In this document: in pieces, positions 32,134 through 56,083 of the stretch
Position numbering within the stretch: position 1 is the first letter of the stretch
How the letters are laid out: each line of letters begins with the position of its first letter
Assembly: GCA_051294375.1 (NCBI GenBank)
Contig: CM119265.1
Span: 2,022,311-2,086,310, forward strand
DNA length: 64,000 bases
Direction of reading: 5' to 3'
Origin: Paraspadella gotoi
Lineage: Eukaryota; Animalia; Chaetognatha
Notes under the pieces: generated by a model
Databases searched by the model: none
The model's input: only the letters and a program-made list of their open reading frames with translations
What the model was told of the DNA's origin: nothing
Position numbers and translations under genes: made by a program

Positions 32134-32956
32134 CGACGACGACAACTGATTTGATAAGAACTAATCGTCGATTCTGGTCTTTATGCGTACAGGTTGCTTT
32201 GTACGCAGGAAAATTGCAAAATTACTTGTTTCTTTCTTTACGATCCAAATTTTCATTTAAATAATAAAGTTTCCATTTTTTTTTATTCTTGGTGATTTAA
32301 TATTTTTTTCCAGATTTTTATTAGTATGACTATTGACTAATGCTTTTTCTTTAAATTTTCCAGCGTTGTCATTTTTCTCGGCCGAGTTTCATGTTGGTAT
32401 CATTGAAGTACCAATTCTGCTGTTTATTGTTTTATAATAATAATAATATTAATAATAATAAAACATTCTTTTAATGTTCATCGTTGGAATTTGAGCTAAT
32501 TTAATTACAATCCGCTGCCTGAACTGGAAAATTATATTTTGTTAATGTTGCCTTGTCTTGGAACTTTGTCTAGTTTCATGGGAAACCCCTGTTGTGATAT
32601 ATTTTCACGAAAAAAAAAATACTTTTTTTAAACTCGTTGAATTTTTTTGGGTTTTGTTCGTAAAGATTTATCAGGTGATATCATGTGCTCTTGTGGATCA
32701 GGGACATAGGAAACAAAGAGGAATTCCTAAAAACGGACTAAGTCCGATAGAAAATTATGAGAAAAGTTTAGAATGAGGTTGAAAAGGGTTGTGTTGAATT
32801 CGCTAGAAAATAAAATTAATAGACTAGCTTTTTGATAGGAAAAAAAAACCCTGAAATGTAGAATTTGTTATGGAATGCTGAAAAAATGTACACTTCTCTT
32901 GTCTTTTATCAACTTTAGCATTTAAACACTTTTCAAATAGACAACTAAGACTTAAA

Positions 32957-35900
32957 ATGAATACATTTTGCCTTCGGAATCTTTCGATGTGCTCCTGCGC
33001 GGTCCACGGGGCGACGCTCTCTTGCGCTCGAAAAGCGCTGCCCGCATCGTCTCATCTCTCGTTAGGGTTTCAACGTCTTTCAACTCGAACGATGGGCGTG
33101 AGGAAGAGAGAGAGGTACGTTGAAAAAACAGGTTTAAATTTTTTTTCATTATATTAAATATTAGTATTGCTAAAATAGTAAAATAAGACTTTGAATATTT
33201 TATCCACAGATATGAGAAATGATCTAAACTGTACAATATGTAAATGACATTGAACAACTCGATCTCATTTGAAAGAAACCTCAAGTTACTCTGCTACATA
33301 ACTACTCTTTTCCCTTCTCCCCGTCTTCCCAGCCACCTCGCCTCCTCTCTACTTCCCCGCTGCGCCCACTCCGCCCGCCTCTCCACTACGCCCCCCACAG
33401 CCCGCAGCAACGAGGTCTCTCCTCAGCCCGACACCAGTTTCGGCGGCGGCGACGCCCAATGGCCGGAAACGCTGGCGGCGACGGGCGTGGAACTGGAGGG
33501 CGACGTGGCGAGTCTTCCTCTCGGATCCGACAACCGATTCCGCCAGAGCGAGACCGCCCTTCGTCTCAGCTTCACCGATCGCCTCGCCTCTTATCTTCAG
33601 ACTTCCGTCTTCGTCGGCGACGTCGACCACGCCAGATCGACTCTGCGCGATCTGGTGGCGGAGAATCGTCAATGCTTTCGACTTCACGGAAAGATAGCGT
33701 CGCGTCTTCATCTCGGGAAGATCGCCCTCTCGCCCTATTGCATCCTAAACGCGGAACCGTTTAACGTGCTGCTGCGGGTCGCTGCCGACGTCGCCGACAC
33801 AGCCTCCTGCCTTCAGACGCTTGAAGACATGAAGTCGATTGGGATTGAACCCGACGCTCACTCGATCGCTCTTACGCTTGCCGCTTTCGGCGCGGCGTTG
33901 GAGGAGCATGCCTCGACGAGCCTCTCGGATTCTCTCGAAGCATTCGTTGCCGAGGCACCGAAATCCCTCGACGCGCCGTTGGCGGAGTTGGAGACCGCCT
34001 GTCGCTTGTTAAGAAAGGAGAAGCAGCGGTTAAGAGCGGCGCTGACGGCTGCGGGAGTGGGAGGCACCGCTGTGGACGTTGAGTCGTCCGTCGAGTATCG
34101 CTCCGACGTCGTCAAATGTCTCAACGAATCCCAGGCCTCTTACCCGAACCCCTACTTCGGTGCCTTCGAAGCGGATGACGTGAAGGCGCATTTGACTCAA
34201 GTTTTCGACGGAGAGATCGAGGGCGAAGTCTTGATCCCGCGAATTCCCTTCGAGGATCGAGAGGAGGCGAAGACTCCGACGCCGGAATCGCCGGTAGACG
34301 TCGAGGATTTGCGACGATCGATTCGAGAGGAATTGACGAAGAGACTCGACGACATGTTGGCGACAAGAAGCGACAGTCTGGAGACGAACCTCCTGCCTTA
34401 CATCAACACCTTCTCCGCGGAAGAGTTGGTGGAGATGATGACGGAGAAGTCGTTGGAGTTGGATCACCTCAACGAACACCGCGCCAGATTCGGCGTCACC
34501 AAGAGCTACAGCTTCGAGATCAAACTCCAGGCGTATCGACTCGGCCGTCTTTTGGCCGATCGCAGCGCCGCCAAACAGCGACTCAAGATTTGCGATCTTT
34601 CCGTCGTCGAAGAGGCTTTTTCGCGCTACGCGGATTTTCTCTGCGCTCCGCACCGCGCCGCGCCCACCGAGAGACATTTTTGGAACTCGTTGAAGCGGGA
34701 CCTGCCCCAGTTGGGCGATCTGGAGGTTTACAACGTCGCATGGCCGCGCAACGTTGTCTACGAGGTCGGCTGCTTGGCGATGGAGATCATCGAACGAGTC
34801 AACGTCAGACGGACGCCCAAAGACAAACTCTACACCGTCGCCGCATCGCCCCATGGCGTCTACGCCCTCGACCGCTTGGAATTTCGCGCCCACGACGCCT
34901 CGGGCGAACGATTCCGCGCCACGGAGATGCCGGCTCGAGCGCCGCCCTTGCCTTGGCTCTCTCCCGAATTCGGCGGGAACGTTCTCAATCCCAATCATTA
35001 CCTCTGGGTGGCTCATTACGTCTGCGCGCGTCGCCCGAATCCCGGCGACAACGTCGGGACGAACCACTTGAAGTCCGCGCCCGAACGAGACCACTTTCCC
35101 GTTTTGGACGCGATGAACCATTTAGCCTCGTGTCCGTGGAGAGTCAGCGGACCCATCCTCGACGTGGCTCACGAGGTTTTGCGAAGAGGCAGCGGGGATC
35201 GAACCTTCGACCTTCGGCCTCACCAACCCAAAGCGGAAGCGATTGAAGAACCTCGCTTCGCCTCGGGAATGGAAAGAGAAACGGCGCAAAAAGCGCGGCT
35301 GGATTCGCAGCGTCAGTGGTGCAGAGCCACGTACAAACTCTCGCAGGCGGAACAACTTCGACACGACGCGTTTTGGTATCCTTACCAAGTCGAATTTCGC
35401 GGGAGAGTTCAGCCCGTCCCACCTTACCTTCATCTCATTCACATGGACGACGATTTGTCGCGGGGGCTGTTGAGGTTCGGGAATGGAAAGCCTCTCGGGC
35501 CAAAGGGGTTAGATTGGCTTAAGGTAAGGAAATTTGTGTATTTTAACAATTTACCTTTTTGGTTTCTACGTTTGTTTAATCTTACGTCCAACAACCAAGA
35601 AGCAACTAATATTACAATGACCACTCCAATATTATTCAACTTTATATAAATTGTCGCTATATGCAAATGAGATTAAAGTTCAAACCAACCTATTTCTCAG
35701 GTTCACGTCGTCAATCTCAACGGCCTCAAACGAATGTCGTCCAACGAAGAGCGACTTTTCTTCGCCGAAGAAATTATGGACGAGATCCTCGACTCCGCTA
35801 GACGACCTCTGGACGGTCGAGGATGGTGGACAGAGTCGGAGCGACCCTGGCAGACCCTCGCCGCCTGTCAGGAAATCGCCGCCGCGCTGGACTCTCCCGA

Positions 35901-36828
35901 CCCCGAAAGATTTGTCAGCCACCTGCCCGTCCATCAGGACGGCACCTGCAACGGCCTCCAACACCTGGCGGCGATGGCGGGCGATCTCGCTCTCGGCGAA
36001 TCCGTCAATCTCGGCATCTCCTCGCACCCGCGAGATCTCTACACGGAGGTGGCGGAGATGGTAGAGCAGCAGCGGCAGGAAGACGCGCGGAACGGCGTCC
36101 GGGCCGCGCGGCTGCTTGAAGGCTTCGTCTCTCGACGCGTGCTCAAGCGGACCGTGTTGACTTACTTCTACGGAGTCTCTAACGACGGCGCCTATCGTCA
36201 AATCACCGAGAATCTTTTAGGTCTGGAGGGATTCTCCAAGAGTCGCATCTGGAACTGCTCCTACTACCTCGGGCGCTCCACTCTCGGCTTCCTGCGCGAC
36301 ATGTTCCCCGCGGCGGAGCGGACGAGGAATTGGATCGAGGACGTGGCCACACTCGTCGTTCAGTCGACGGGAAATCCCGTCACTTGGGTCTCCCCGCTGG
36401 GAATGCCCGTCATGCAGCCCTACTTCGGCAACGACTTCCACGCGGACGCCGCCAAACAGCGCAAGCGGTTCGTGAGTAACCTCATCGTCACTCTCGAGTC
36501 TTCGCACATGATGCTGACGGCGCTGCGCCTCTATCGTCGCGGCGTCGCCTTCGCCGCCGTCCACGACTGTTTCTGGACGCACGCCGCCGACGTGGACGTC
36601 ATGAATGAAGTCAGTCGCGACGAGTTCGTAAACCTTCACTCCCGTCCGCTGCTAGAGGATCTGGCGACCCACTTGGCCTCCGCCAATCGCGTCGACGGAG
36701 AGATCGAGGAAGACTCAGACATTTTGGCGCAGAACAAACTCCTCTTGAAGAAGAAGTTGAACGGAGTTCCGAAGCGGGGGAATCTCGATCTGGAAGACGT
36801 GCGGAAGAGCCTTTACTTCTTTAGTTGA
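32957..36828 (+). CDS. POLRMT: T7/mitochondrial-type single-subunit RNA polymerase (divergent POLRMT); exons 32957-33114, 33333-35523, 35701-36828
   Basis: PPR-like repeat, PPLPW, (E)FRGR, GLDWLKVH, PWQTLA, HQDGTCNGLQH (motif A), RRVLKRTVLTYFYG (motif B), VHDCFWTHA (motif C) and a YFFS C-terminus. Confidence 0.93.
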
Positions 36829-38186
36829 GAAATTCGAGAAAAAAAAACTTGTTTTTCGAGGAAAACGGCCGTTTTTGTTGTTGTTTTTTTTTTTTTGATG
36901 AACTGTGATTTGTTTTCATAACAACAAAAAAACTTTGGTTGTTTATTTTCTTAAATTATTCTACAGCATTGCCAATTTGTTACGTTTACAGGTTGAACGA
37001 TGAATATATAAATTGATATGAAAGGAATTTGCATCGTTATCATTGAAAGTTAAAAACTAAAATACTGAGGCAGCAATACTTATTTTAATCGAACTATCCC
37101 GGAATGGTAACATATAGCTCGTCCTCTTTTGCGCCACCTGCCTGCAGTTGATTTCCGATTTTCTCAGCGCTTCCCTCTGGTGTTCGCTGGGTTCTTTTCC
37201 GCAGATCGGCTACAGCATCAGCGGGATTTTGGTGGCGTTCATCTCCATCTTTTCTAAATTGACGGTGTTGCGAAGTGGGACCAGAATTGAGCTGACTTGA
37301 CTTAAATTGAATGGTATTCGTCCAACAAGGGACTGGCTCACTCTCAAAGCTGTCTGAGTTGACATACAACAGTTCCTTGAGAGCTGGCAGCCAGAACTTT
37401 GCTTAAAAATGGTGGGGAAAGATAGAGGAAGAGAGAGGGGGTAGGGGGGGGCAAGGGATTGGGAAGGGGAGGAAGAGGGGGAGGTTAACAAGTCGGCTGG
37501 GCCTGGCCCACTCCGTTACCCAAGAAACAGATCGGGATTGAGCTGACGCCGCGGCAAATACCATTGGTCGTCGTTCGTCTATTTCTGTCTTGCGTCGCCG
37601 CCATCTACTTCGCTTCCCTGAGATTCAACGAATTTTATCGCAAATTGCTAATACAAACCGAATGAGAGACGAATCTGGATTTTATTCCGAGTGTCATGGC
37701 TTTTTTCTTAGGATTCATTGCTAATTTTTGTAACGAAAAAAATATTTTTTCCTTCGCATCCACGCTGGAATTAAAATGAAAGGATTTGACAGACTTGTCA
37801 CAAGGATTAAAACGCGGTGAACAGTCGTCTTGAGGGTGGCCTTAAATAGTCTTAAATGTCGCGATCTCGTTGGCGGCGGTGTTGCCGTTTTATAGAAGGC
37901 TGCAGGTTTTATTTATTTTTACAATGTTTATTTTGTTTAATTTTTAGTTTGCGTGTAGATTTTAAACTGTGATACAAACCTCATCGTGCCATATAGTAAA
38001 GTGCCTTACGAATCACGGATAATGTAAAGATGACGCCTTCTGGAATAATCAAAAATTCACAAAGATGAAAGAAAAAAAATTCTTTCTCACAAAAAAATGA
38101 AAGAAATGGAATCTCGTTTAAAAAACGAGACGTTATTGAAAATCAAAACAAAATTGTTGATAACTTTTACGATGCTCAGAATGTAA

Positions 38187-38230
<44 letters not shown>

Positions 38231-38232
38231 CG

Positions 38233-49640
<11,408 letters not shown>

Positions 49641-50384
49641 AGGATTGAGAGATCGTGAGAACGAGACGGTTATTGAAGCGACGAACAAGAAAAAAAAACT
49701 CGTTGACAAGCAATTTAGCGGGACAAAGCAAGATCTGCCCTTAGACTTATTCGATTGGCGGGCTTAACCGCATGCTGCGAAGGCGTTTGATTTTAAGCTG
49801 ACTAACCTGTGGAATAGCGTCATTTTTTTTGGGTGGGGGAGGAAATAATTAATTTCCGAACGAGTCATATCACCAATACTGAATATATGTATCCGTTATT
49901 AAAAAAGGGTTAAAGTAAAAAATTTACTAACAATTTACAAACAAACGCGTCCTTTTGGTTTCGCTTCATTTTTATTTTAATATTAATTTCATTCATTCCA
50001 ACGAATTAGCGATTTATTCCTTTTCAATTTATCATTCATTAATCATTCATTAATCATTATTTAAAAAAAACTAAGTCTTGCGGCTGGTAGAACGAAAAAG
50101 GTCTTTTCTTGGCTTGGCTTGTTCTATCTTCTTTTCCTTTTTATTTTATTTTACACTATTCTAAATGGTTATTAACCCCTTAATAATCGTTTCATGATAC
50201 TTTGTTAGTGTTCCCTTTCGCGCGCTTTTTGTTCTTTAGGTTTTTCCATCCATTTTGACAAGAGGCATGAGATTCTTTTTGGACTTTAACTGCCATTTAT
50301 CACATTTTTTGTACCAGAACAAATGTTAAGCCACAAACAATGTTTTTTTGTTAAGTCCGATATATTTTTATTTTAGAAAAGAAA

Positions 50385-51848
50385 ATGACGTCGAAAGCGG
50401 AATATTTGAAAAAATATTTGAGCTCAGAATCGAAAGGAGAAAGAAAAAAGAAAAAGAAGAAACCGAAAGGAATTAAAATCATCGACGACGACAACGACAA
50501 CAACGACGACGCCAGAGTCGGTGCTTGCCCCGAAGACGAGGACAGGTAAAGTTTTAAAAATCGCGGCTCCCCACGGTTGTAAAGATCATTCCCGAGTCTG
50601 CAATATTTTTAATGCATACCCTTCAGATATGATTTGGAGGAAGAGCGTCCCACCGTCGTCGGCGAGGTTGACGAGAGACCCGAATTCGTCAAAAAGATGG
50701 AGGTCTTTTCTTCGTCTGACAAATGGCGTCGCGTCGCCGCCGAATCCGACGGAAAGGATCGTCGAGACGACTCGGAATCTCCTCCGCGGAAGAGAGTCAA
50801 AGGCTCCGACTCCGACCTCGACGTGAATCATCGTCAAACTCGACACGATTCCGACTCTGACGCGTCCGTCTCTCCGCCCCGACATTTCTCATCTCAAAAT
50901 TCACCGCGAAGAAGAAAACGAAACGACAGCGACGACGACGACGACGACCTGTCGCCGCCTCGCGTCAAAAACGGACGAGGAGATGATTCTCCCAAAGATT
51001 CTTCTCCTCCTCGTAGGAAAACGAACAATGTGTCACCTCGAGGGAGAGAAGATGATTTGTCGCCACCAAGAAGAAAACAGGATCGCGATTTGTCGCCTCG
51101 GGACGATGACTTGTCACCTCGTAGGAAACTCGACGATGACTTGTCACCAAGGAGAAAACAGGACGATGACCTCTCACCTCCACGAAGAAAACAGGATGAT
51201 GACATGTCACCTCCGAGAAGGAAACAGAACGATGACTTGTCACCTCCCCGGAAAATCAGTCACACGTCCCGCGGTCACAAAGCTGGATTACAATCGGCCA
51301 AACAGATGAGGGAGGAAAACGAACGCGTCAAGAGGAAAGAGACGGCGGTGAGTTTTCATTCATTCATTTATATTTATATTAATATAATATTATATGAGTT
51401 TTATTCGTTAACAACAATTAGTTGAAACGGTACATACAAAAGGGCAAACAGAGTAACAGATACACCCAAAAATTAATAACTGTCGAATCGTCCTTCAGGC
51501 TTTCGACTCTCTGGACGCGAATCAAAGCGGCCGAAACGCGAAGACGATCGTGAGAGAAAAGAGAAACGAGAAGATGAGAGATTTGGAGGCGAAGAAGAAA
51601 GAAAAGGAGAGAATTCAGGCGGAGAGGAAGGAAATCTACGACAAATGGGGAAAAGGGTTGATTCAGACGCAGCAGAGGAATCAGAATGTACAAGACGCCA
51701 TTCACGAAATGTCGAAACCTTTGACTCGAAACGAAGACGACGAGGATTTGGACGCCATGTTGAAGGAGCGAGAGAGAGAGGACGATCCCATGCTCGCTTT
51801 TATCAATAAGAAAAAAGGAAAGGGTAAGAGGTTTTTTTGGTTTTTTTT

Positions 51849-51893
<45 letters not shown>

Positions 51894-52145
51894 TAAGTTT
51901 TACTTGATCGCTTCGTTCCCGTTTCTCATGTTCATATTTTCGAATTTGAAGGCTCGTCGAAAAAAACTGTGGATCTCCCGACCTACAAGGGGCCCTTCCC
52001 GCCGAACCGTTTCAACATCCGTCCGGGTTATCGATGGGACGGCGTCAACCGCAGCAACGGTTTCGAAAAAACCTTTTACGAACGACAGGCGGATCGAAAG
52101 GCCAATGCCGACGTCGCCTTCAAGTGGTCTACCGAAGACATGTAG
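50385..52145 (+). CDS. BUD13: BUD13 homolog (RES complex), 4 exons
   Basis: [16 protein letters not shown] repeats, [51 protein letters not shown]. Confidence 0.95.
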
Positions 52146-52298
52146 ATCGAGAAGAAGGAGAATTTGAAAACTTTTCTTATTTTGCTTCGCCTCGAAGAAG
52201 ATGAAAAAAGCGTTCCTTTGTTATTGACAACCTATTCTTTGTTCATTTTTTTTTTTTCATTATTTTTTTAAAGAAAAACTGTATAAACATTAGATGAC

Positions 52299-52463
52299 AT
52301 GAATCCAACTTCCCGAGACATTTTCTTTTCACTGGAGGAAGAGAAGACGACGACGACGACAGCGGACGACGAAGCCTTTGACAGATCTTTGCTTTCCTTC
52401 GAACAGTTCGACAACAGGTGCTCGTCGCAACCAAATTAATGTTAGCTTTTCTCTCTCTCTCTA

Positions 52464-52501
<38 letters not shown>

Positions 52502-53122
52502 GATCGTCGCCCGATTTGTGGCCGGATCAAATTCCCGGAGTCTCCGACTTTGTCGATCGACAGACGGCGAATGGGAGTAAAGGTCGGTCCGTCGGTCGCC
52601 TATTTGTTGAGAGGACACGATGGCAGCTTTATTAATAATTACTTTGAATGGTGAAAGATTGATGTTGCATATTGATTGTGAAATATCTTGCTCTCTCTCT
52701 ATCAGTCTCTCTCTCGCCTATGGAGATTTTCGGAATCGTCGTTAACGATATACAAACTAGTTTAACATTTAAAAATTAGTTTTAGCAATTTCTCAAATCA
52801 GGAAAATGTTATTTAATTTTCAAAGGATCTAAAAATGAGCCGAGTTACACGCGATACGAATCTGCGGACGACGATTTGCTGCTGCGAGAACTGGGAAGTT
52901 TAGAAAACGTGGCTGCTCTTTTAGAGCGCGTCCGAGTCCTTCAGGTGAGGGGACCCCAAATTTAAATATTAATATCTATTGTTGATAAACTACAAAATTT
53001 CAAAACATTATAAATAAATTTGTTTCCCTCAGAACGCCGCCTACGAACTCGGACTGGAGGAAGCGAAAGAAATGACGAGGGGAAAATTTCTTGAAATTCT
53101 TTCCAAATCTCAGCATAGTTGA
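52299..53122 (+). CDS. LIN52: LIN52 (MuvB/DREAM subunit), 4 exons
   Basis: LLSFEQFDNRSSPDLWPDQIPG, ELGSL, LQNAAYELGLEEAKEMTRGKFLEIL. Confidence 0.92.
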
Positions 53123-53494
53123 TGATGATTTGGAGTTTAAACTTGATTCCAGTTTTTTAAAAAAATGTATGAATCCTTTTTGAATCAATACTCAGGCTTT
53201 TAAGTATTAAAAATAATTTTTAACGACTGGAAAGATGTTTAAAATTGTTTGTTTAATTTTGCGAATCTATGAACCTGTGATTGCATCTCATTTCTGACCA
53301 TAAAATTATGGTTGTAAAATTTGTGTCCGATATTCCCGCTCTTTTTTATTTTCACTTTTCCTTTGTCGTTTTTTTTTCAAACTTTTCCTATTGAAATAAT
53401 TTTTTTTTTCTTTTATAGGTTTATTTTTGAAGAGTGAAAATATTTCAAATTTCTCACAAACTCTATTCACTCCTCCGCTCCATCCCGCGTCAAC

Positions 53495-54590
53495 ATGCCA
53501 GGAGGAGGAAAAGCAGGTGTGAGGACTGAGGAGTGTCACGATAGGAATGAGAAAGACGTAAGCGATCCATGTCATCCTTAAATCTCAATTTTCAACATTA
53601 GGTAAGGACTCTGGCAAAGCTAAGGCCAAGGCCGTCTCCCGTTCAGCGAGGGCGGGTCTCCAATTTCCAGTCGGCAGAATCCATCGTCACTTGAAGTCGA
53701 GGACGACGTCTCACGGCCGAGTCGGCGCCACCGCCGCCGTTTATAGGTAATTTAGGGGGGGTGGGGGAATTGAGAAAGAATTTTGGGATGGGGAGAAGGC
53801 AATAAGAAACATTGGCAAGAAGGAAGCCATTTTAACCTGTTTCTACCGCGGACAACACCGGGGACAAAGGTCATGCTATTTTTATCGTATTCTCTCTCTG
53901 CTTTGATATCTTAAAATATGGTGTTTTTGGAATAAGCGGGAAATACAGGAATTGTCCTGGGTGGGCAAATAATTCTAGTGTGGCGGTATATTCACACCGC
54001 CTCACGTCCACCATCCGTCAGCCAAAATCCATTGGCTCAGAGGGGGAACACACCATCCCAGGCGTAGTGTTCCATCCACAGTCCTAACGACTTCCCTCTG
54101 CGTTGGCAAAGCGAGACCGTCCTAGGGTAACCGCGCCAGTGACTGGAGGCGTCACTGAGGGTCGGAAGCCCCCAAAGCCAACAGTGAGATGCCCCATCCC
54201 AATGGGCATCACAGGCAACCCGGCTGTTGCCATACTAGTATGAAAAGAAAGGCCGTAATTGTTATCCTCTTCTCTTTCAGCGCCGCCATCTTAGAATATC
54301 TCACTGCGGAGGTTTTGGAATTGGCGGGAAACGCGTCCAAGGATTTGAAGGTGAAGAGAATCACGCCGAGACATCTGCAGCTCGCCATTAGAGGAGACGA
54401 GGTGAGCAGTGAATCGAATTCACCGATCTCACAGAAAGTTTAATCTTTTTAATCTTTTAATATTTTGGACTTTAATCTTTAGGAACTGGACAGTTTGATA
54501 AAAGCGACAATCGCGGGAGGAGGCGTCATACCTCACATTCACAAATCGCTGATCGGGAAAAAGACGGGACCCGAACCCGGGATGCACTGA
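53495..54590 (+). CDS. H2AZ: Histone variant H2A.Z, 4 exons
   Basis: [120 protein letters not shown]. Confidence 0.97.
53979..54234 (-). mobile_element. Solo-LTR-like element (family B) with a 5S rRNA-like core, in an H2A.Z intron
   Basis: TGTGGC...GCCATA ends and CTAG 4-bp TSD. The minus strand reads GTTAGGACTGTGGATGGAACACTACGCCTGGGA, similar to 5S GTTAGTACTTGGATGGGAGACCGCCTGGGA. Confidence 0.75.
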
Positions 54591-56083
54591 GAGGACGGAT
54601 TCCGACTCGCTTCTGCTTAGAATCACTGCCCGTCACGTGACGCGTGAGTCTCTTTCACTTTTTAAAACTCATTTTAAAAAAAAGACGGGTGTGGAAAATT
54701 GTTTTTAGATTATTTTTTTTTTAATAAGCTTTTGATTATATAGGTTTTTCTAAAACTGTTTTTAATTTTCTTATTAATTTAAATAATATAAGTCTATTGA
54801 GACACTAAGGAAATGAGGCCTTTTTATTTATTAATGGTAATGAAGATTATTTAATGACTTTTTTTTTCAGATCGCGTTCTTCCCACAATTTCTTCTCTCT
54901 TCGTCCCTTCCAAAAAGACGTGACTCAATTTTTACTGATAGCAGTTTCTTGCGTCAGTTATTTGCAATATATTTTAGCCGAATTCTTTTATGTATGAATA
55001 CATAATGCTAGTTAAATTCAACTCTGAAAGAACGTGATTTTGCCACAAATTTAGTAGTATAGTAAATCATTAGTTTTTTTATTATTATAGAAATGTAGTG
55101 CATGTCAGGATACATTACATTAAAAATGTATTTTTTATTAAATTCAATTTAATTCCAGATAAAACTGAAAATGTTTTTTTGTTGATTAAAATAAATAACA
55201 ATGTGAGAGGTATTGTTGATGCCCCTTCGAGAAAATGTAATCTCCAAGTTTAAGCGTTATCACATCACTGTCTTGTGTGATATTTTTTTAGGAAATACTA
55301 GAATTGTTTCAATCGGCTTCTATAACTTGGATTCTATCGCATGCTCGCTATATTTGCACCACATATCGCCCATTTGTATAAATATATTTGCATATCTTTG
55401 GCCAGAAAACTAATATTTTGTAATTTTTTTTGTTAAATGAGTTTTCAGACGAATGCATTCCTTGAAAAGTTAAAGAATGCTTTTAATACATCTAATAGCA
55501 TTGAGGAACATTGCACTCCTACTTCATGTATTTTTAGTTCGTTTCATTATTTTATTTTACAGTTAAAAGGAAAATGGTCGACAACTAAAACTCTATCAGT
55601 CAGAGGAAAATAGGACGACTATTTGAAAGGCACATGGAACTGTGTTTCAAATAAAAAAAAATTTCCTGAAAATAAGTTTTAGTAAATTTAATAAATAGTT
55701 GTTAAACTCTGAAGGTTTTTAAACTCAATTTACAAAATTGCGGAAGAAGTTTTGATTGACTATTTCATCCTATTCCTATAATAATCCTGTTTATATTATA
55801 TTATAACCGTCAATTTAGAAGTTGCGGGAAACAAAAGACGACTGTTATCGATCTTGCAGAATGCGGAGGTCACTGGGTTCATCATAATCAATCACTTTTT
55901 ATTAATTTAATTTTATTAATTTAAACCTGATTATTTCAATTTTATTTTGAATCCAATTGTTTATTTTGTAGTCGCGAACGACGCGATCTCGCGTGAAAAC
56001 AAAAAAGGCGTCCATGGCGCCATCACGTGACAAATTTCGATTTCCGTGAAGAAAAAAACAAATTTAAAACTGATCCGACGACG

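Noticed and set aside
34030-35121. Long minus-strand ORFs (also 12851-13726, 19662-20474, 26654-27373)
   Set aside because: Antisense shadows of GC-rich + strand exons, with no recognisable motifs.
32957-36828. Prophage or horizontally acquired T7-like polymerase
   Set aside because: It has spliceosomal introns, a PPR-like N-terminal region and POLRMT-type HDC.WTHA/YFFS motifs, and no phage neighbours.
51040-51255. Tandem DNA repeat as a novel element
   Set aside because: It encodes the known DLSPPR repeats of BUD13.
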